Positions 1 to 12,785 of a stretch of 45,597 nt of DNA are shown piece by piece (the first letter of the stretch is position 1; each line of letters opens with the position of its first letter). Source of the stretch: Pelomyxa schiedti (Eukaryota > Protista > Evosea); assembly GCA_020536535.1 (NCBI GenBank), contig JAHLWZ010000431.1:1-45597 (forward strand). The letters run 5' to 3'. The notes beneath the pieces are model-generated. The model was not told the DNA's origin and made no database searches. It was given only the letters and a program-made list of their open reading frames with translations. Made by a program: the position numbers and the translations under genes.

Positions 1-1290
1 TGTTTGTTTCACCTCTAATGTCTGTGAGTGCTGTGAGGCATGTTGTTGTGAGTGTTCCTGCTCCAGTGTGTCCAGTGTGTCACTGTTGTGGCAAAAGAGA
101 AACCCACATTCTCCCCAAATATGTTGGTACATGGAGGTGTATCTACCAGACGAAATTAATCTGGTGCCTCTTTCACTATTGCAGTTCCAGATTTCAAAAT
201 GCTTGATTTTAGACACACAGAAAAGGGAAGAACTGAGCTGAGAGAGCTCTAATGAGGAAATTGTCACTCGAGTGACTTCTTTGTCACTTCCTTCCTGTGT
301 TTCAAGTATCTGACCAAGCTCACCAAGTAATGACCCCTAAAATATGAGATGCCGCTTTCCAGAGATTTTATACAGCATCAACACTGTGCCAGTCCCCACA
401 AATTTTGAGGAGAAAGAGCATTGCGTTGTACTCACTGGATGAACAACTCTTGTTGAAGATACTTGATCTACATTTAACACCATAAAAATAAGGTGGTAAT
501 GAGGGGTCTCAAAAGCCAGTATGAGCTCGTCTTGGTTGATCTTATTGAAGATAACAGACAAAACATGCTCCCCTCCCTCCGGAAATGGAATATTGACCAC
601 AACAGGTTTAAATGACTTGCGCTTATCCATGATATTGGATATTGCCAGGTCAGAGCCCCTAATGGCCACCCACCACTTGCAATTAACTGCTGACAAGTAA
701 CTTGGAGCCTCCCACAATTTAACCTGGTTGTTGTTTCTCCCACCACCACCATTGGCAGCACCAACCAAAAAGTCACTTGTCATCCAAGTTGCATGCACTT
801 TTCTGCTCTGCCTCACAACCACTTTTCCGCAGTGTGTGGCAGCTAGAATTCCTGAATCTTGGTCACAGGTGAACACCGCTGGGTCTCCAACCACACAACC
901 CAGCAGCGGAAGCACACGAAATGCGACGGCCGCGTCACTCACACCCTTCCCAAAATGAAACGACACACTGAAGAACACCACAGGGGCGTCCCTATCTCTC
1001 ACACACCACTCCCACAACAGCTTCACACCCAATGATGGAACAGTGGGGCCAACCCCAAAACCTCCACAGTGGTCACTTGTAGTACTTGTACCATTACTAC
1101 TTGTAGTAACAGCACTTTGATTGCATTTGGGTTCTTCCCAAATGGTGCTCAATCCCCTCCCACAATTCCACCGCGACGACCCAGCGAGGGCCAAGAACAT
1201 GTCACGCGCGCGCACGAGAACCCTGACATTAAGTGGATGTATCCGCGCCACCCTCGCTGTCAGAGTAGACGCTGTTGTGCCTCGCGACAT
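1..1290 (-). pseudogene. 'ARDQF'-motif family member, intronless, one in-frame TAG at 337-339; runs off the window
   Basis: ORF 337..1539 carries RARDMFLALAGSSRWNCG. Likely ATG at 1290 (MSRGTT; 1448 also possible). Manual translation past the TAG stays open in the same frame to position 1 and holds family motifs SQLSSSLFCV, FEIWNCN and WGECGFLF (cf. SQLSESLFCV, FSIWD, AEGGFLF in 14204..15604). Confidence 0.75.
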
Positions 1291-1553
1291 TTTCAATGAA
1301 ACTGTTGAGTGATGGATCAGGACCAGAGGCTGAGAGAGTGACCCGATGTTTGACTCTCTCACACAAAACACAAACATACCCCACACGCTGGGGACACTGA
1401 CAGGTGGCCAGTTCATCACAGACAGGGGCGTATCTGTTGGATGCTTCATTAATCTAGACTTGATTGCGTTTATTGTGGGTGGTACGAGTGTCGTAGTTAC
1501 GAGTATATACAGTGGGAAGGGGGTATTGGTGATATACATAGGAATCGATAGAG

Positions 1554-2950
<1,397 letters not shown>

Positions 2951-3131
2951 AGGACACACTGACATTGTGCCGCAACCCTACCAATATTCTGTATTTAGGA
3001 TCCTCCAATGTGAATGTTTCGCTCTCGAGAGCGAAGTACCTGCGCCCCACTCTGAGCTCGAATTTGATTGAATTCTTTCCAATCAACCCCATCTTTCTGG
3101 TAAACAAAAAACAAAGTAGATTAAAGACAAG

Positions 3132-5393
3132 ATGTCACACGGGGTTGCGTCGCACGGGCTGCCGCCGGCACCGTTGTTGGGGGCTGATGCGTATGTGTTG
3201 CGGTTGGAGCAGATGAGGAGATCTGCGTTCCCCGATGAGAAGGACTCGAAGCCAGGTTGGTCCCATAACCCCTTCGTTCCAACCCCCGTCCCCGCTGCCC
3301 TTGTTTTGGTGGTGTTTTTTTTTAATTTTTTCCCCCGGGAGTCCCGTTTCCTCCTGCTAAAATGGTGATAGTTTTGTTTTTTTTTGGTTTGTTGGTTTGT
3401 GTGGACATGGAATTTCCTTGGTCTAATGCCAACACACACAACCAAAGTAATAGTAGTCAATTCTGAACGAAATGTACAGAGAGGTACCGCCCCAACCACA
3501 AGGTTCTCGTATACCAGAGCTTCGCCGACGAAATTGCCATGCGGCAGCGTCACAAGGCTGAGGCTGCTGCCCATAGACGCGATAAAACCGAGAGTACCAG
3601 TGCTGCAGCTCCGAAGCCCACTGATAAGAGGCCCTCTGGTAGGCACGGACTGTTTGCTGACACTCGGAGTGAATCGATAGTACCAAAGACGTAAGCCTCT
3701 ATTCTTTTCCTTTTTATTTGGCAGTCCACCTCTCCCAGTGATTAACTAGCTTCTAAAAAAGGACACCGGTGGTTGTAAATGATTCAACTTCGACTGCACA
3801 AAAGAGAGCTATAAGGCCAGCTGAAATTGTATTCTCTACAATTAAGACAGGTACGCGAGTATTAAAATGTTGGCATATTATCTCATTTTGCATAAGATCC
3901 CGTTGAAGAGGAAAAACTTTCACAAAATCTGGAACAATGTACCTCACACTCTTATTCTATCTCCATTTAAATCAAATCTTTAGTGCAAGTGCAACCAGAA
4001 GAAACCCCGATTGTCTCTACTACCACTATAACCACTGCTGCCAGTGTAATGAACGAAAGTGAGGAACTGGAACTTGAAGAAAAACGTAGAAGGGCACGGG
4101 AAAAGGCCCTTGCCAAAGTTAAGATGGAAGAAGAAGCCCAACGAAACCTGACTGATACTACTCACGATGAAGTATTTGCCGTTCTTGGACCATCAACATA
4201 AAATAACATAACTTAAGGAGGAAGAAACCGAATCTAAGAAGATTATTTCTGTTGAAGATGCTGAAGATGCCAATGCTGATGCAGAAGATGAAGATGAAGA
4301 GGAGGAGGAAGAAGAGGAGGAGGAAGAAGAGGAAGAGGAAGAGGATGATGAGACATGGCCAATGCATCCAACAGTACAACCAATTTTCGTTGCCAAGTAT
4401 GCACAACCTTGAATTCCCTGAGTATTAATATGTGTAGGACTGATAGAGCTACTATTAAAGAGCGTGAAGCCCTTGAAGCAGAAGAAGAGAGACACCTAGA
4501 AGAAGAGAAAAAAAGAGCTGCTGAATTACAGCAGGAGGCCAAAGAACTCCTTGTGAAAACCCTAGAAATGGAAAAAATTATGGAGAAAGCGGAAGTTGCC
4601 TGTAAGTTCTCCCACAAAAAAAGAGATAGAAACTAATGGACTGGTAGCATCTGATGAGGAGATTCCATCTGACCCGGAGCAGACAGAAGAACAAGAATTT
4701 GAAATGTGGAAGAAGCGTGAGATGGATCGCATCAAAATGGAAAAGGAAGAAAGAGAACAGTTAGTTACTTCTACGCATTCTCCAATTTCTCACATAATCC
4801 TAGATTTTCAAGAGATAAGACAGAACTAGAAAGAGAACGTTGCCAGGCTACACCAGACACCAGTGCCGCAAACCAACACGAACATAAAAAGTGGAAGTTC
4901 TTGCAGAAATACTATCACATTGGTTCCTTCTTCAGGTGAATTTCTTCCTCCTTTGCCACCAATCTTATGCACATGTTATCAGAGATGAGGGAGAAATGGA
5001 TGTTGCTATGGGAAAATGGGACTTCAATGAACCCACTGGCCAAGACAGAGAAATCAGTGACAAGAGTGCATTACCCAAAGTTCTCCAAGTCAAGGTTCGT
5101 TTCCTTTTTCCTGCTTCGAAGTTATTCACTTTTTCATAAACAGAACTTTGGAAGAAGTGGACGCACCAAATACACACATTTGATGGACCAAGATACCACT
5201 GATTGGAATTCTCCCTGGTCCGTCAATGACACGGTTCGGCAAGCCTATGTTCAGAAAATGGGCGGCGTTGCTGAGTATGTTATCTGTAACCGCTATTCCA
5301 TCCCGGTTCTAACTGTTCCTTCTTTTGTGTAGCAAGGCACCACCCCCAACACAGAAAAAGAGAAAAGTGGATGCTCCCGGTCAATCAAGCTGA
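3132..5393 (+). CDS. MFAP1: Microfibrillar-associated protein 1 / Spp381-like spliceosomal B-complex protein, multi-exon
   Basis: Poly-Glu tract, then [78 protein letters not shown]: the conserved MFAP1 C-terminal domain. N-terminal exons less certain. Confidence 0.92.
4285..4352 (+). repeat. (GAR)n trinucleotide tract encoding poly-Glu/Asp in MFAP1
   Basis: Run of gaa/gag/gat codons seen directly. Confidence 0.85.
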
Positions 5394-5483
5394 GGCTTGT
5401 TTTTGTGTTGTGAATACTGATGGCCATAACAAAGAGAATAGTTCCTTTTTCTATTACTTTGTTTCGCTATTGTTGGTGATTGG

Positions 5484-6610
5484 TTAACCAAATAGTTGGG
5501 TGAAGCATTTGAGGCAGTAGGGCTTGGCACTCTTCTCCTTGTATGACATGCCGAGGAGGTTTTTCTTGCAGTAGGTGCAACAGAAGTGCTCAGTGTGGTA
5601 ACTCTGCTCGCCAACGCGAATGCGTTTTCCGGAATTTATTGGCCTCTCACAGACACAGCAGAGAAGTCCCTTCCTCTCATAGAAATGTCGTTCACAGTAG
5701 GGCATGCCGTCCTGTTGGGTTGTTTCCAATAATGGAGGAAACTTGGCAACCTACATCAGCCGGATAAAAAATATTGTCTGCCAAGGGATTCTTGCATGAA
5801 GGACACTTGAAATGAGCTGGGTGCCATATCTTAGGAACTTATTAGCGGTTCTAGGGTAAAATGAAATGGAAAAAAGTACCTTCTCCATAGCCTCTACTCT
5901 AGCTTCGGACTCTAAGACTGGTTCACCACACCCGCCGCACTTCGGCCGGAATACAGTGTCATAGTCGGCTGCAATTACTTACNNNNNNNNNNNNNNNNNN
6001 NNNNNNNNNNNNNNNNNNNNNNNNNNNNNNNNNNNNNNNNNNNNNNNNNNNNNNNNNNNNNNNNNNNNNNNNNNNNNNNNNNTGAAATGGAAAAAAGTAC
6101 CTTCTCCATAGCCTCTACTCTAGCTTCGGACTCTAAGACTGGTTCACCACACCCGCCGCACTTCGGCCGGAATACAGTGTCATAGTCGGCTGCAATTACT
6201 TACCGTTAGCAAGAAGGTTTCAAAGAAAGTGGGTGATAGCTTCACTAGCTCTCATATAATAACAATATATTACAATGTGTAATTTTCAATTTTGTGGTTA
6301 CCTGTGCAATAGGCCATCCCATCACTTCCCTCTAATTCATATCTTCTGAGTGAGAATGCTGTCTGGTAATAATATTAGCATGACACAGTTACCTTCCACT
6401 TTGGAGCCATCCGAGAAGTCCTTCCCGCACACTTTGCATGTCAAGTGATTTGGGTGCCCTGCGTGTATTCAAATGAATTATGGGTTAGTACCGGTAGCTA
6501 GAGTAAACAAGCGGGACAAAAAGAGAGGGGAACCCACAATAGAGATTGAACGCGAACAACATGTCCCCCTCAATAAGCTCGTTACACGCGTAACATGTCC
6601 GCGCAGCCAT
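5484..6610 (-). CDS. LIM-only protein with three LIM zinc fingers (paxillin-like C-terminus), multi-exon
   Basis: MAARTCYACNELI..HPNHLTCKVCGK..YC / KCGGCGEPV..WHPAHFKCPSCK..PYCERHF / CCVCERPI..YHTEHFCCTYCKK..PYCLKCFTQLFG*. The gene spans the gap at 5983..6082. Confidence 0.88.
5983..6082. other. Scaffold gap (100 N) with an identical 121-bp overlap on both flanks
   Basis: 5862..5982 is repeated at 6083..6203, typical of an unmerged contig overlap. Confidence 0.95.
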
Positions 6611-6683
6611 TCGTTTTGCTTTTTTTTAATCCGCCTTCACCGAAATCACCCTAATCTCCACAATCCTCACGAGACGAAACAGC

Positions 6684-7858
6684 TCACACCGAGCCCAATA
6701 CTATGAACAACTCCATCTTGATGCTGCTGGTTCCCAGTGAAAGTGCGGTCAACTCAACAGGGAAAAGGAACTCTCCACCAAGGATCTGTGACGTGCAGGC
6801 AGCACCGTGGGTCAGTCTCCTCTGATTCTGGAAGTGAAGATAAGACCACCTTCTGCAAGCAGTTGCATGTGAGGTCTTCAGTGGACTGCTGGGGCAGTCG
6901 CAGTGCCATAATTCGTACCATGCTGGGGCACAATTGGAGAACAGAGATCTTATCACATTCACATTGTGCCTCGCAATGCAAAGAACCAGTGAGTTGGCTG
7001 AGACTATCCACAGCTGATTCCCAGTTCCCAGTGTTGTTTGTATTCCTGTTCCTTCTTCAATCACCACAACAGCATTTCCATCGTGTTTCCAGGCATCCAG
7101 CAACAACAAAAGTGTGAGCTCTGCTTTGCTTCCTGAGGAGCACCACTGAATCTCCCATAATCTCACAAGGCCAAACACAGAACGCAGAAGTGGTCAAGCT
7201 CAGCTCAGTGAACTTCTTGTTTTCCCAAGTGTTGCCCACATCAATCACCCTCAGGTGTGCCAATGATGGTCTTGCCGGCCAAGATAGCCGTCCCAAAGCA
7301 AAAGAAGAGCGGCTTCATCAGGACAAGTGTGGTTGAAAATGAACATCACACGTGCGCCATTAATAGACTAACCCTGTGGCATGGCCTCTGGAAAAACACC
7401 AACGACGCACTCTGCACCTGAGTCCTTGCCACAAGTGGGTGTGATTGCGAGGTGAGAAACTCTGCCAAAAGCACCATCCACTTGCCATTGGCTACCTCTT
7501 GAGTGGCGAAGCGAGGCAGAAGAACCTGGATGGGAAATCAACCAGCCAGCCCCACAGCACCCTCAGTGTACTCCACAATCGGTTGTTGGGCGTTGGCAGC
7601 GGCACCGCAGGAGGGCCCTCATCACAACCTGCAAGGCGGAATTGTGGGAGGAAGACGTGGAGGTGGAGGTGGAACGCAGCACCGCAGCGATGGTGCGTCG
7701 ACATCAACAGGGCGAAGAACTGGTCGCCCAGGCGCAGGGGCCCGCGTGCACGCAACCACGCCGTTGGGAAGGTGCAGGGGAAGGGGTGCCGGACGACGAG
7801 CGCTGCTGCCATCACGTGACGCAATCCCCCGGCACATCTCACCCCCCTCCATCCACAT
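6684..7858 (-). pseudogene. Degenerate tandem paralog of the adjacent 7947..9509 'ARDQF' gene
   Basis: Homologous blocks are split over several frames: PLHLPNGVVACT (7622..7858), RLGDQFFALLMSTHHRCG..DFPSRFFCL (7492..7974), RPSLAHLRVIDVGNTWENKK (7057..7296), VVVIEEGTGIQTTLGTGNQ (6684..7178), LSQLTGSL (6754..7011); a central block is deleted. Confidence 0.85.
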
Positions 7859-7946
7859 TGAAGCGACTGGGCCTGCAATGCTTTCGTTTTTATTTGCAAA
7901 AAACCACCAGGAACAGGCTTTTTTTTTTCCTTGTGAGGAAAAATGT

Positions 7947-9509
7947 TCAAATCAACAGGGAAAACAAATCCCACAACATGATGGGTCTGGGGTACGTGAG
8001 GGAGAACAGACCGTTTCCTGGTGATGGTGACAATGGATCAGTGACCTCTAGGCAGTTGAGTGCAGTTCTGCCTTCACAGCCTCTGACACTGAAGACAAGG
8101 CCACCTTCGGCAAACAAGTTGATGGTGCAGTTTGGTGTGAGTTGTATGGTCTTCAGAGGACTGCTGGTGTGGTTGCAATCCCAGATTTCGTACCCCGTGG
8201 GGCATTCAACGACAAAGAGGGGAAAACCCCCCACTGCGCTGGTCCTGCACCTGGCAACGCAAAACAAAGAACCAGTCAGCTGGCCAATACTAAGGACAGC
8301 TCCATCTTGCTGCTGATTCCCAGTGCCAAGTGTGGTCTGCACACCAGTTCCCTCTTCAATCACAACAACAGACTTCCCGCTTCTTTCGTATGTATCCAGC
8401 ACAAAAACAAAAGAGCGAGCTCCGCTCTGCTTCCTGAACACCAACCCACCTCTATTGATCTCACAAGGAAAAGCAGGGAACGCGGAAGTTGTTGCACTCA
8501 ACTCCGTGAGCTTCTTTGTTTCCCACGTCTTGGAAACATCAATCACCCTCATGTGTGCCAAGGACGGTCGTTGGCGGCGCTCAGAGCCATCCCCGAGCAA
8601 CAGAATAACAGCCTCATCAGGAGCAGTATGGTTGAAAAAGAACAGCACACCGACTTCGTGATCGCGATAGCACCGTGGCATGACACGAGGCACATCAACA
8701 ACACACTTGCAGCTTGCATCCCTCCCAATTGTGGGTGTGATTACGAGCTGAGAAACCCTCCCAAAGCACTGCACCAGCCACTTGCCATTGGCCGCCCATT
8801 GAGTGGCAAAGGCCCTTTCCTCAGACAACCTCAGCGTCTCCCCTGTTGCAATTCTGGTGAGGTCAAAGGTGCAGCGAGCCAGGTCGCCAAAGAGGACATT
8901 GTGGGAATTGACGGCCATCACCACGGTGTTGGGTCTGTCTTCCCTCCAGAAGCTCACGTCACTGGTCATGGATCCGGTGAGTGGTGACACCCGAAACGTG
9001 ACAGCGTTGGGCCCAAACGTGGTCGCCAGGCTCTCAGTCAGCCTGAGGCAGAAGAACCTCGTCGGGAAATCAGCCATCCACGACCACAGCGCCCTCAGGC
9101 CGCGCAGCACCACGTCGCTATCGCGGCTGTCATCACCACCGCCCACTTCCCCGCCGCCGCGCCTCGCCAAAGGCAATTGTGGGAGGGCGAACGCGGCACC
9201 GCAGCGAGGGTGGGTCGACAGCAGAAGTGCGAAGAACTGGTCGCGCAGGCGCGGTCCGATGGGCGTGCAGGCTACAGCGCCGGTTGGCAGGAGCAGGGGA
9301 AGGGCCGTTGGTCGGGGGACTGGGCCCAGGGTGATGGTCGGAGGAGTAGCAGCAGCAGTACCGCTGTCGTTGTTGGATCTATTTCCTCCTTCGAGTGGCG
9401 TGGCGGTCCTGTGTGTTTTTGACTTTGGCGAACGGGGTTCGTCGTAGTCATCGTCGCTGTGGTAGTCGCTGTCATCGTCGCTGTGGTAGTCGCTGTCATC
9501 GTCGCTCAT
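7947..9509 (-). CDS. 'ARDQF'-motif family protein, 520 aa, intronless, function unknown
   Basis: Long open ORF with RLRDQFFALLLSTHPRCG, ANGKW, FFFNHTAPDE, QLTGSLFCV, YEIWDCN and AEGGLVF motifs shared with 14204..15604. Confidence 0.85.
   Translation of the reverse strand: MSDDDSDYHSDDDSDYHSDDDYDEPRSPKSKTHRTATPLEGGNRSNNDSGTAAATPPTITLGPVPRPTALPLLLPTGAVACTPIGPRLRDQFFALLLSTHPRCGAAFALPQLPLARRGGGEVGGGDDSRDSDVVLRGLRALWSWMADFPTRFFCLRLTESLATTFGPNAVTFRVSPLTGSMTSDVSFWREDRPNTVVMAVNSHNVLFGDLARCTFDLTRIATGETLRLSEERAFATQWAANGKWLVQCFGRVSQLVITPTIGRDASCKCVVDVPRVMPRCYRDHEVGVLFFFNHTAPDEAVILLLGDGSERRQRPSLAHMRVIDVSKTWETKKLTELSATTSAFPAFPCEINRGGLVFRKQSGARSFVFVLDTYERSGKSVVVIEEGTGVQTTLGTGNQQQDGAVLSIGQLTGSLFCVARCRTSAVGGFPLFVVECPTGYEIWDCNHTSSPLKTIQLTPNCTINLFAEGGLVFSVRGCEGRTALNCLEVTDPLSPSPGNGLFSLTYPRPIMLWDLFSLLI
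9441..9506 (-). repeat. 24-bp tandem repeat (~2.7 units) encoding SDDDSDYH
   Basis: gtagtcgctgtcatcgtcgctgtg units seen directly. Confidence 0.85.
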
Positions 9510-9626
9510 CTGATTTTACGTGCTTTTTCCCTTTTCTCAAGAATGGGTGTGACGAAAGGTCTTCACAAAGAAGATTTCATCACAGAACAACGTTCAACGT
9601 TGAAGAAGAGAAAAACGACATCAACA

Positions 9627-12600
9627 ATGTCAATCAATCAAGCAATCCCAACCGGCGGCGCCAGTGGGGACCCTAATGACGTCCGTGAGGAGCTAGGACA
9701 ACCGCTGGCTCCTCAAACATCACCCTCGTCATCAGAATCGACACAGACAAATTCGAGCACAGGGAACGACTGTGTATCGTCGTCGCCGTCATCCTCGACG
9801 GCTCCCGCAACCGCCACCACCACCTCCACCACCACCACAGCAAGCTTCACAGCAGGAAGGGGAAGATCGAGATCGGTGGGAGCGACTCCGAGTCCGACGC
9901 CATCGCCATCGCCATCGCCATCGCCATCGCCATCGCCATCGCCATCGCCATCGCCATCGCCATCGCCATCGCCATCGCCATCGCCATCGCCATCACCTTC
10001 GGAGCGGCCCAGAACAGTCAGTGAAAGAGAGGAATCTATTATGACACGAATAAAGGCGATTCAGGACAGCATCAGGGCCACTTTGGCCAAGTCAGGTCCC
10101 AATGAGGAGTTCCTGGAATACACAGATGCTGTGCCGAGGCTGATGACTGAGGACGACCCGACTTGGGTAACACGTCCGTACCTAAATGGTTTGTTTGCAG
10201 CCGTTTTTATTTACAGTCGTTAACAAGAAAATATTTCGCGCGTGTACATGCTGTACTACTTAAAAGTATTGTTTGCATAACTTATTTGTTACCTTGAAAC
10301 CCTTAACCTCATGAAAACCAAGGTTTGTACCCTTTGCACATTGCATGCAAGAAGGGATATGTCAAGACCACAAGATACTTGATTGAAGAGTGCCATTGTG
10401 ATGTAAATATCACAGAAGAAAGTGAGGGCATTACGCCGTTGCACATGGCATGTGCATTGTACGCATGCTTTCTTCTACTTCGTTTTTCACCTAAGAAACC
10501 CCAAACCATCTCACTCATTCCACACACACAGAGGGCACGCATACCTTGCCTACATTTTGGTCAAGCAGTATCAGGCTGATGTCAATGTCCGAAACGCTTC
10601 CTGGGAGACACCCCTTGTGCGGGCTGTAATTCGGGGACGTCTCAATGTAGTGAGAGTGCTTATTCAAAACTGTATCTGTGTCTTGTTTCCTTTTTGTTCT
10701 TCTGAACAACCTATGACACTCAGGCAATGCCGACCCGACCCTCCGTGATAAATACGGATGCACTCCATGTGAGATTGCTAATACCACTGGTCACCATGAC
10801 ATCGCTCTGTTTCTTGAAGGGTGCCATCATATCTCCACAAGCCAGGTATTTATAAACCATATCATTTCTCCAATAAAAAAAACCCAGTACCAACAGCAGA
10901 CTTCAGTCAGTTTGGATGAGCTTATCACAATTCCAGCAAGTGGAGGGGAATTGGAGGACAAGGTCAAACTTCAACTCGAGCTCACAAACCAATCAAGATC
11001 ACTTGAAGTCCCAGGATGCCAAGTTTGGGTTCCATATTCTCACTACACCCCTCATCATCAAACCAAGCCTTGTCAAAGCCGGACACACTCAATTGAAGTG
11101 GACTCCAACGAGAAGCCTCTGAATTCTGGCGAGATTCAAATCAGTGCTATTGCTGTCAGACTTCTGTGTGCTTTCACCACAGTGTGTACCCCGTTCATCC
11201 ACCATTTCAAATGACCACTTTCCAAACTTTTAACAGCGCAGTGGGAGAACCCTTTTGAGTGGGAAGGATTGCCTCTCATGCAATCAAGTGTGCACAATTT
11301 GGCGCAGACAATTATCGGCTGATGATTCAGTTTGGATTCTTCACATCAAGTTTTTTCCCTCCGAATCATTCAGTTTTTTGTTGTTCCCCATCTCTAACCA
11401 CAATTCATCCACACAGAGATGAAATTCGCTATGCTGTAAAGAACACAATGACTTATCAGGACAAGAACATCCCCCAAGATAGTAAAGAGGAGTGGAAAGA
11501 TGCGACATTAGTTTCCAAATCTGAAATGGAAACACTGAAAACATGGTCAGCAACGCCACCTGAAAAGTTTTGTGGCAACTCCAAAGTGAAGTACCTTTGG
11601 GTGCTCAGGAAAAAGGGGAGAGTTCCTGTGCCTGAGACCGTTGTTCCAACATACAATCCATTGATTCATGACAAATGGTTCCCTCCTCTTCTCCACACCA
11701 GTCACCCAAAAACGCTCACTTTTAACAAAAGGTGGTCTCCAAGAGATGTGGCACGTTGCTGGTGGTGTTTCATTCGGCACTATAAGGTATCTGCTCCTAC
11801 ACCTATACCTTTCCTTTTACAAGAGAACCAACGGAAATGTTCAAGTGGCTGGATTTCTTCATCAAACAGAGTGCCATAATGAAGGACAGTTATGACGCAA
11901 AAGTTTTGGCATCTGTGAGGAATTCACTTGGAGTCGTTGGAGTTATCGTGACCCTCCTGATGTTTGGGAAGTGCCTGTCTATCCCACGCAGGGAGACGGA
12001 CAACAACTGCTTTCTTTGGCCGACAGGCCAGAATTACGTTGGCACGTCTGTGATGGTGAGTTCCCTTTTATTGTCGAGACACTGCCAATCACTAAACCTC
12101 AACAGTTTTCAATGTTGAGCTCGTTTATTCTTTACGCATTTTCCCTTGGAACCAAGGTTGTTTTTTTTTTCTTCAGAACATACATCTTCCATTCACACTC
12201 TTACGGCAGAAGAACATGTGGTACTGGTTCCCAATCGCGATTATAATTGTTGGAACAATACCTTTTCCATCGGAGTGGATTTGCTTCTTCCGATCAATTG
12301 TATAGCAAATGAAACACTAACAACACAACTGACACAAATTACCAGACACACCCAAACCCAATTTTCTTGGCTGCAGCTTCCACTGTGATGCTGACATCTA
12401 CCTTCTTGCTCAGCAAATACGCACTGAAGGAACCACGCAACAGGAACTCCCTGGTTTGTTTTGATCCCTGATTTCACGACACCCACATTTCACACAGGGT
12501 CTTGGAATACTTGTGACGATTGTTGGGCTGATTGTATGGTACGACAGGTTTGTGATGGTACTGCGTGCTTGCAGCACAGGACAGCAGATTCTAAGAGGCA

Positions 12601-12698
12601 ACTACCCGTCATACGATCTCGACTGGTTCAGGCACAAAATGGCCATTGGTGCATTCATTTTTCTCATCATAATTTCCATCGTTGTGTGCGTCGAGTAA
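9627..12698 (+). CDS. Ankyrin-repeat protein with C-terminal multi-pass membrane domain (DUF202/Vtc1-like), multi-exon
   Basis: Ankyrin motifs YPLHIACKKGY, ITPLHMACALGH, ETPLVRAVIRGRLNVVRVLI, ADPTLRDKYGCTP; hydrophobic helices VRNSLGVVGVIVTLLMFG, ILVTIVGLIVWY, MAIGAFIFLIIISIVVC. Start could be 9543; central exons uncertain and a two-gene model is not excluded. Confidence 0.7.
9900..9994 (+). repeat. (CCATCG)n hexanucleotide microsatellite, ~15-16 units, encoding (Pro-Ser)n
   Basis: Perfect repeat seen directly. Confidence 0.95.
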
Positions 12699-12785
12699 AG
12701 AGTACTTTCTGCGGGTTTGTACTGTGATTGGTGTCTGTGAAAATAAAAATGATTATTTTATTTGTGCAGTTGAACCAACATACAC

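Noticed and set aside
263-276. 14-bp palindrome gtcactcgagtgac
   Set aside because: Isolated, inside coding-like sequence, no associated element.
337-339. Stop-codon reassignment
   Set aside because: TAG, TAA and TGA all end genes at expected positions elsewhere in the window.
3083-3686. Minus-strand ORFs between DIMT1 and the MFAP1 core
   Set aside because: Antisense to the MFAP1 5' exons and introns.
5862-6203. Apparent exon duplication in the LIM gene
   Set aside because: Identical 121 bp on both sides of a 100-N gap: unmerged contig overlap.
9772-10044. (His-Arg)n ORF
   Set aside because: Alternative frame of the CCATCG microsatellite; the Pro-Ser frame connects to the ankyrin exons.
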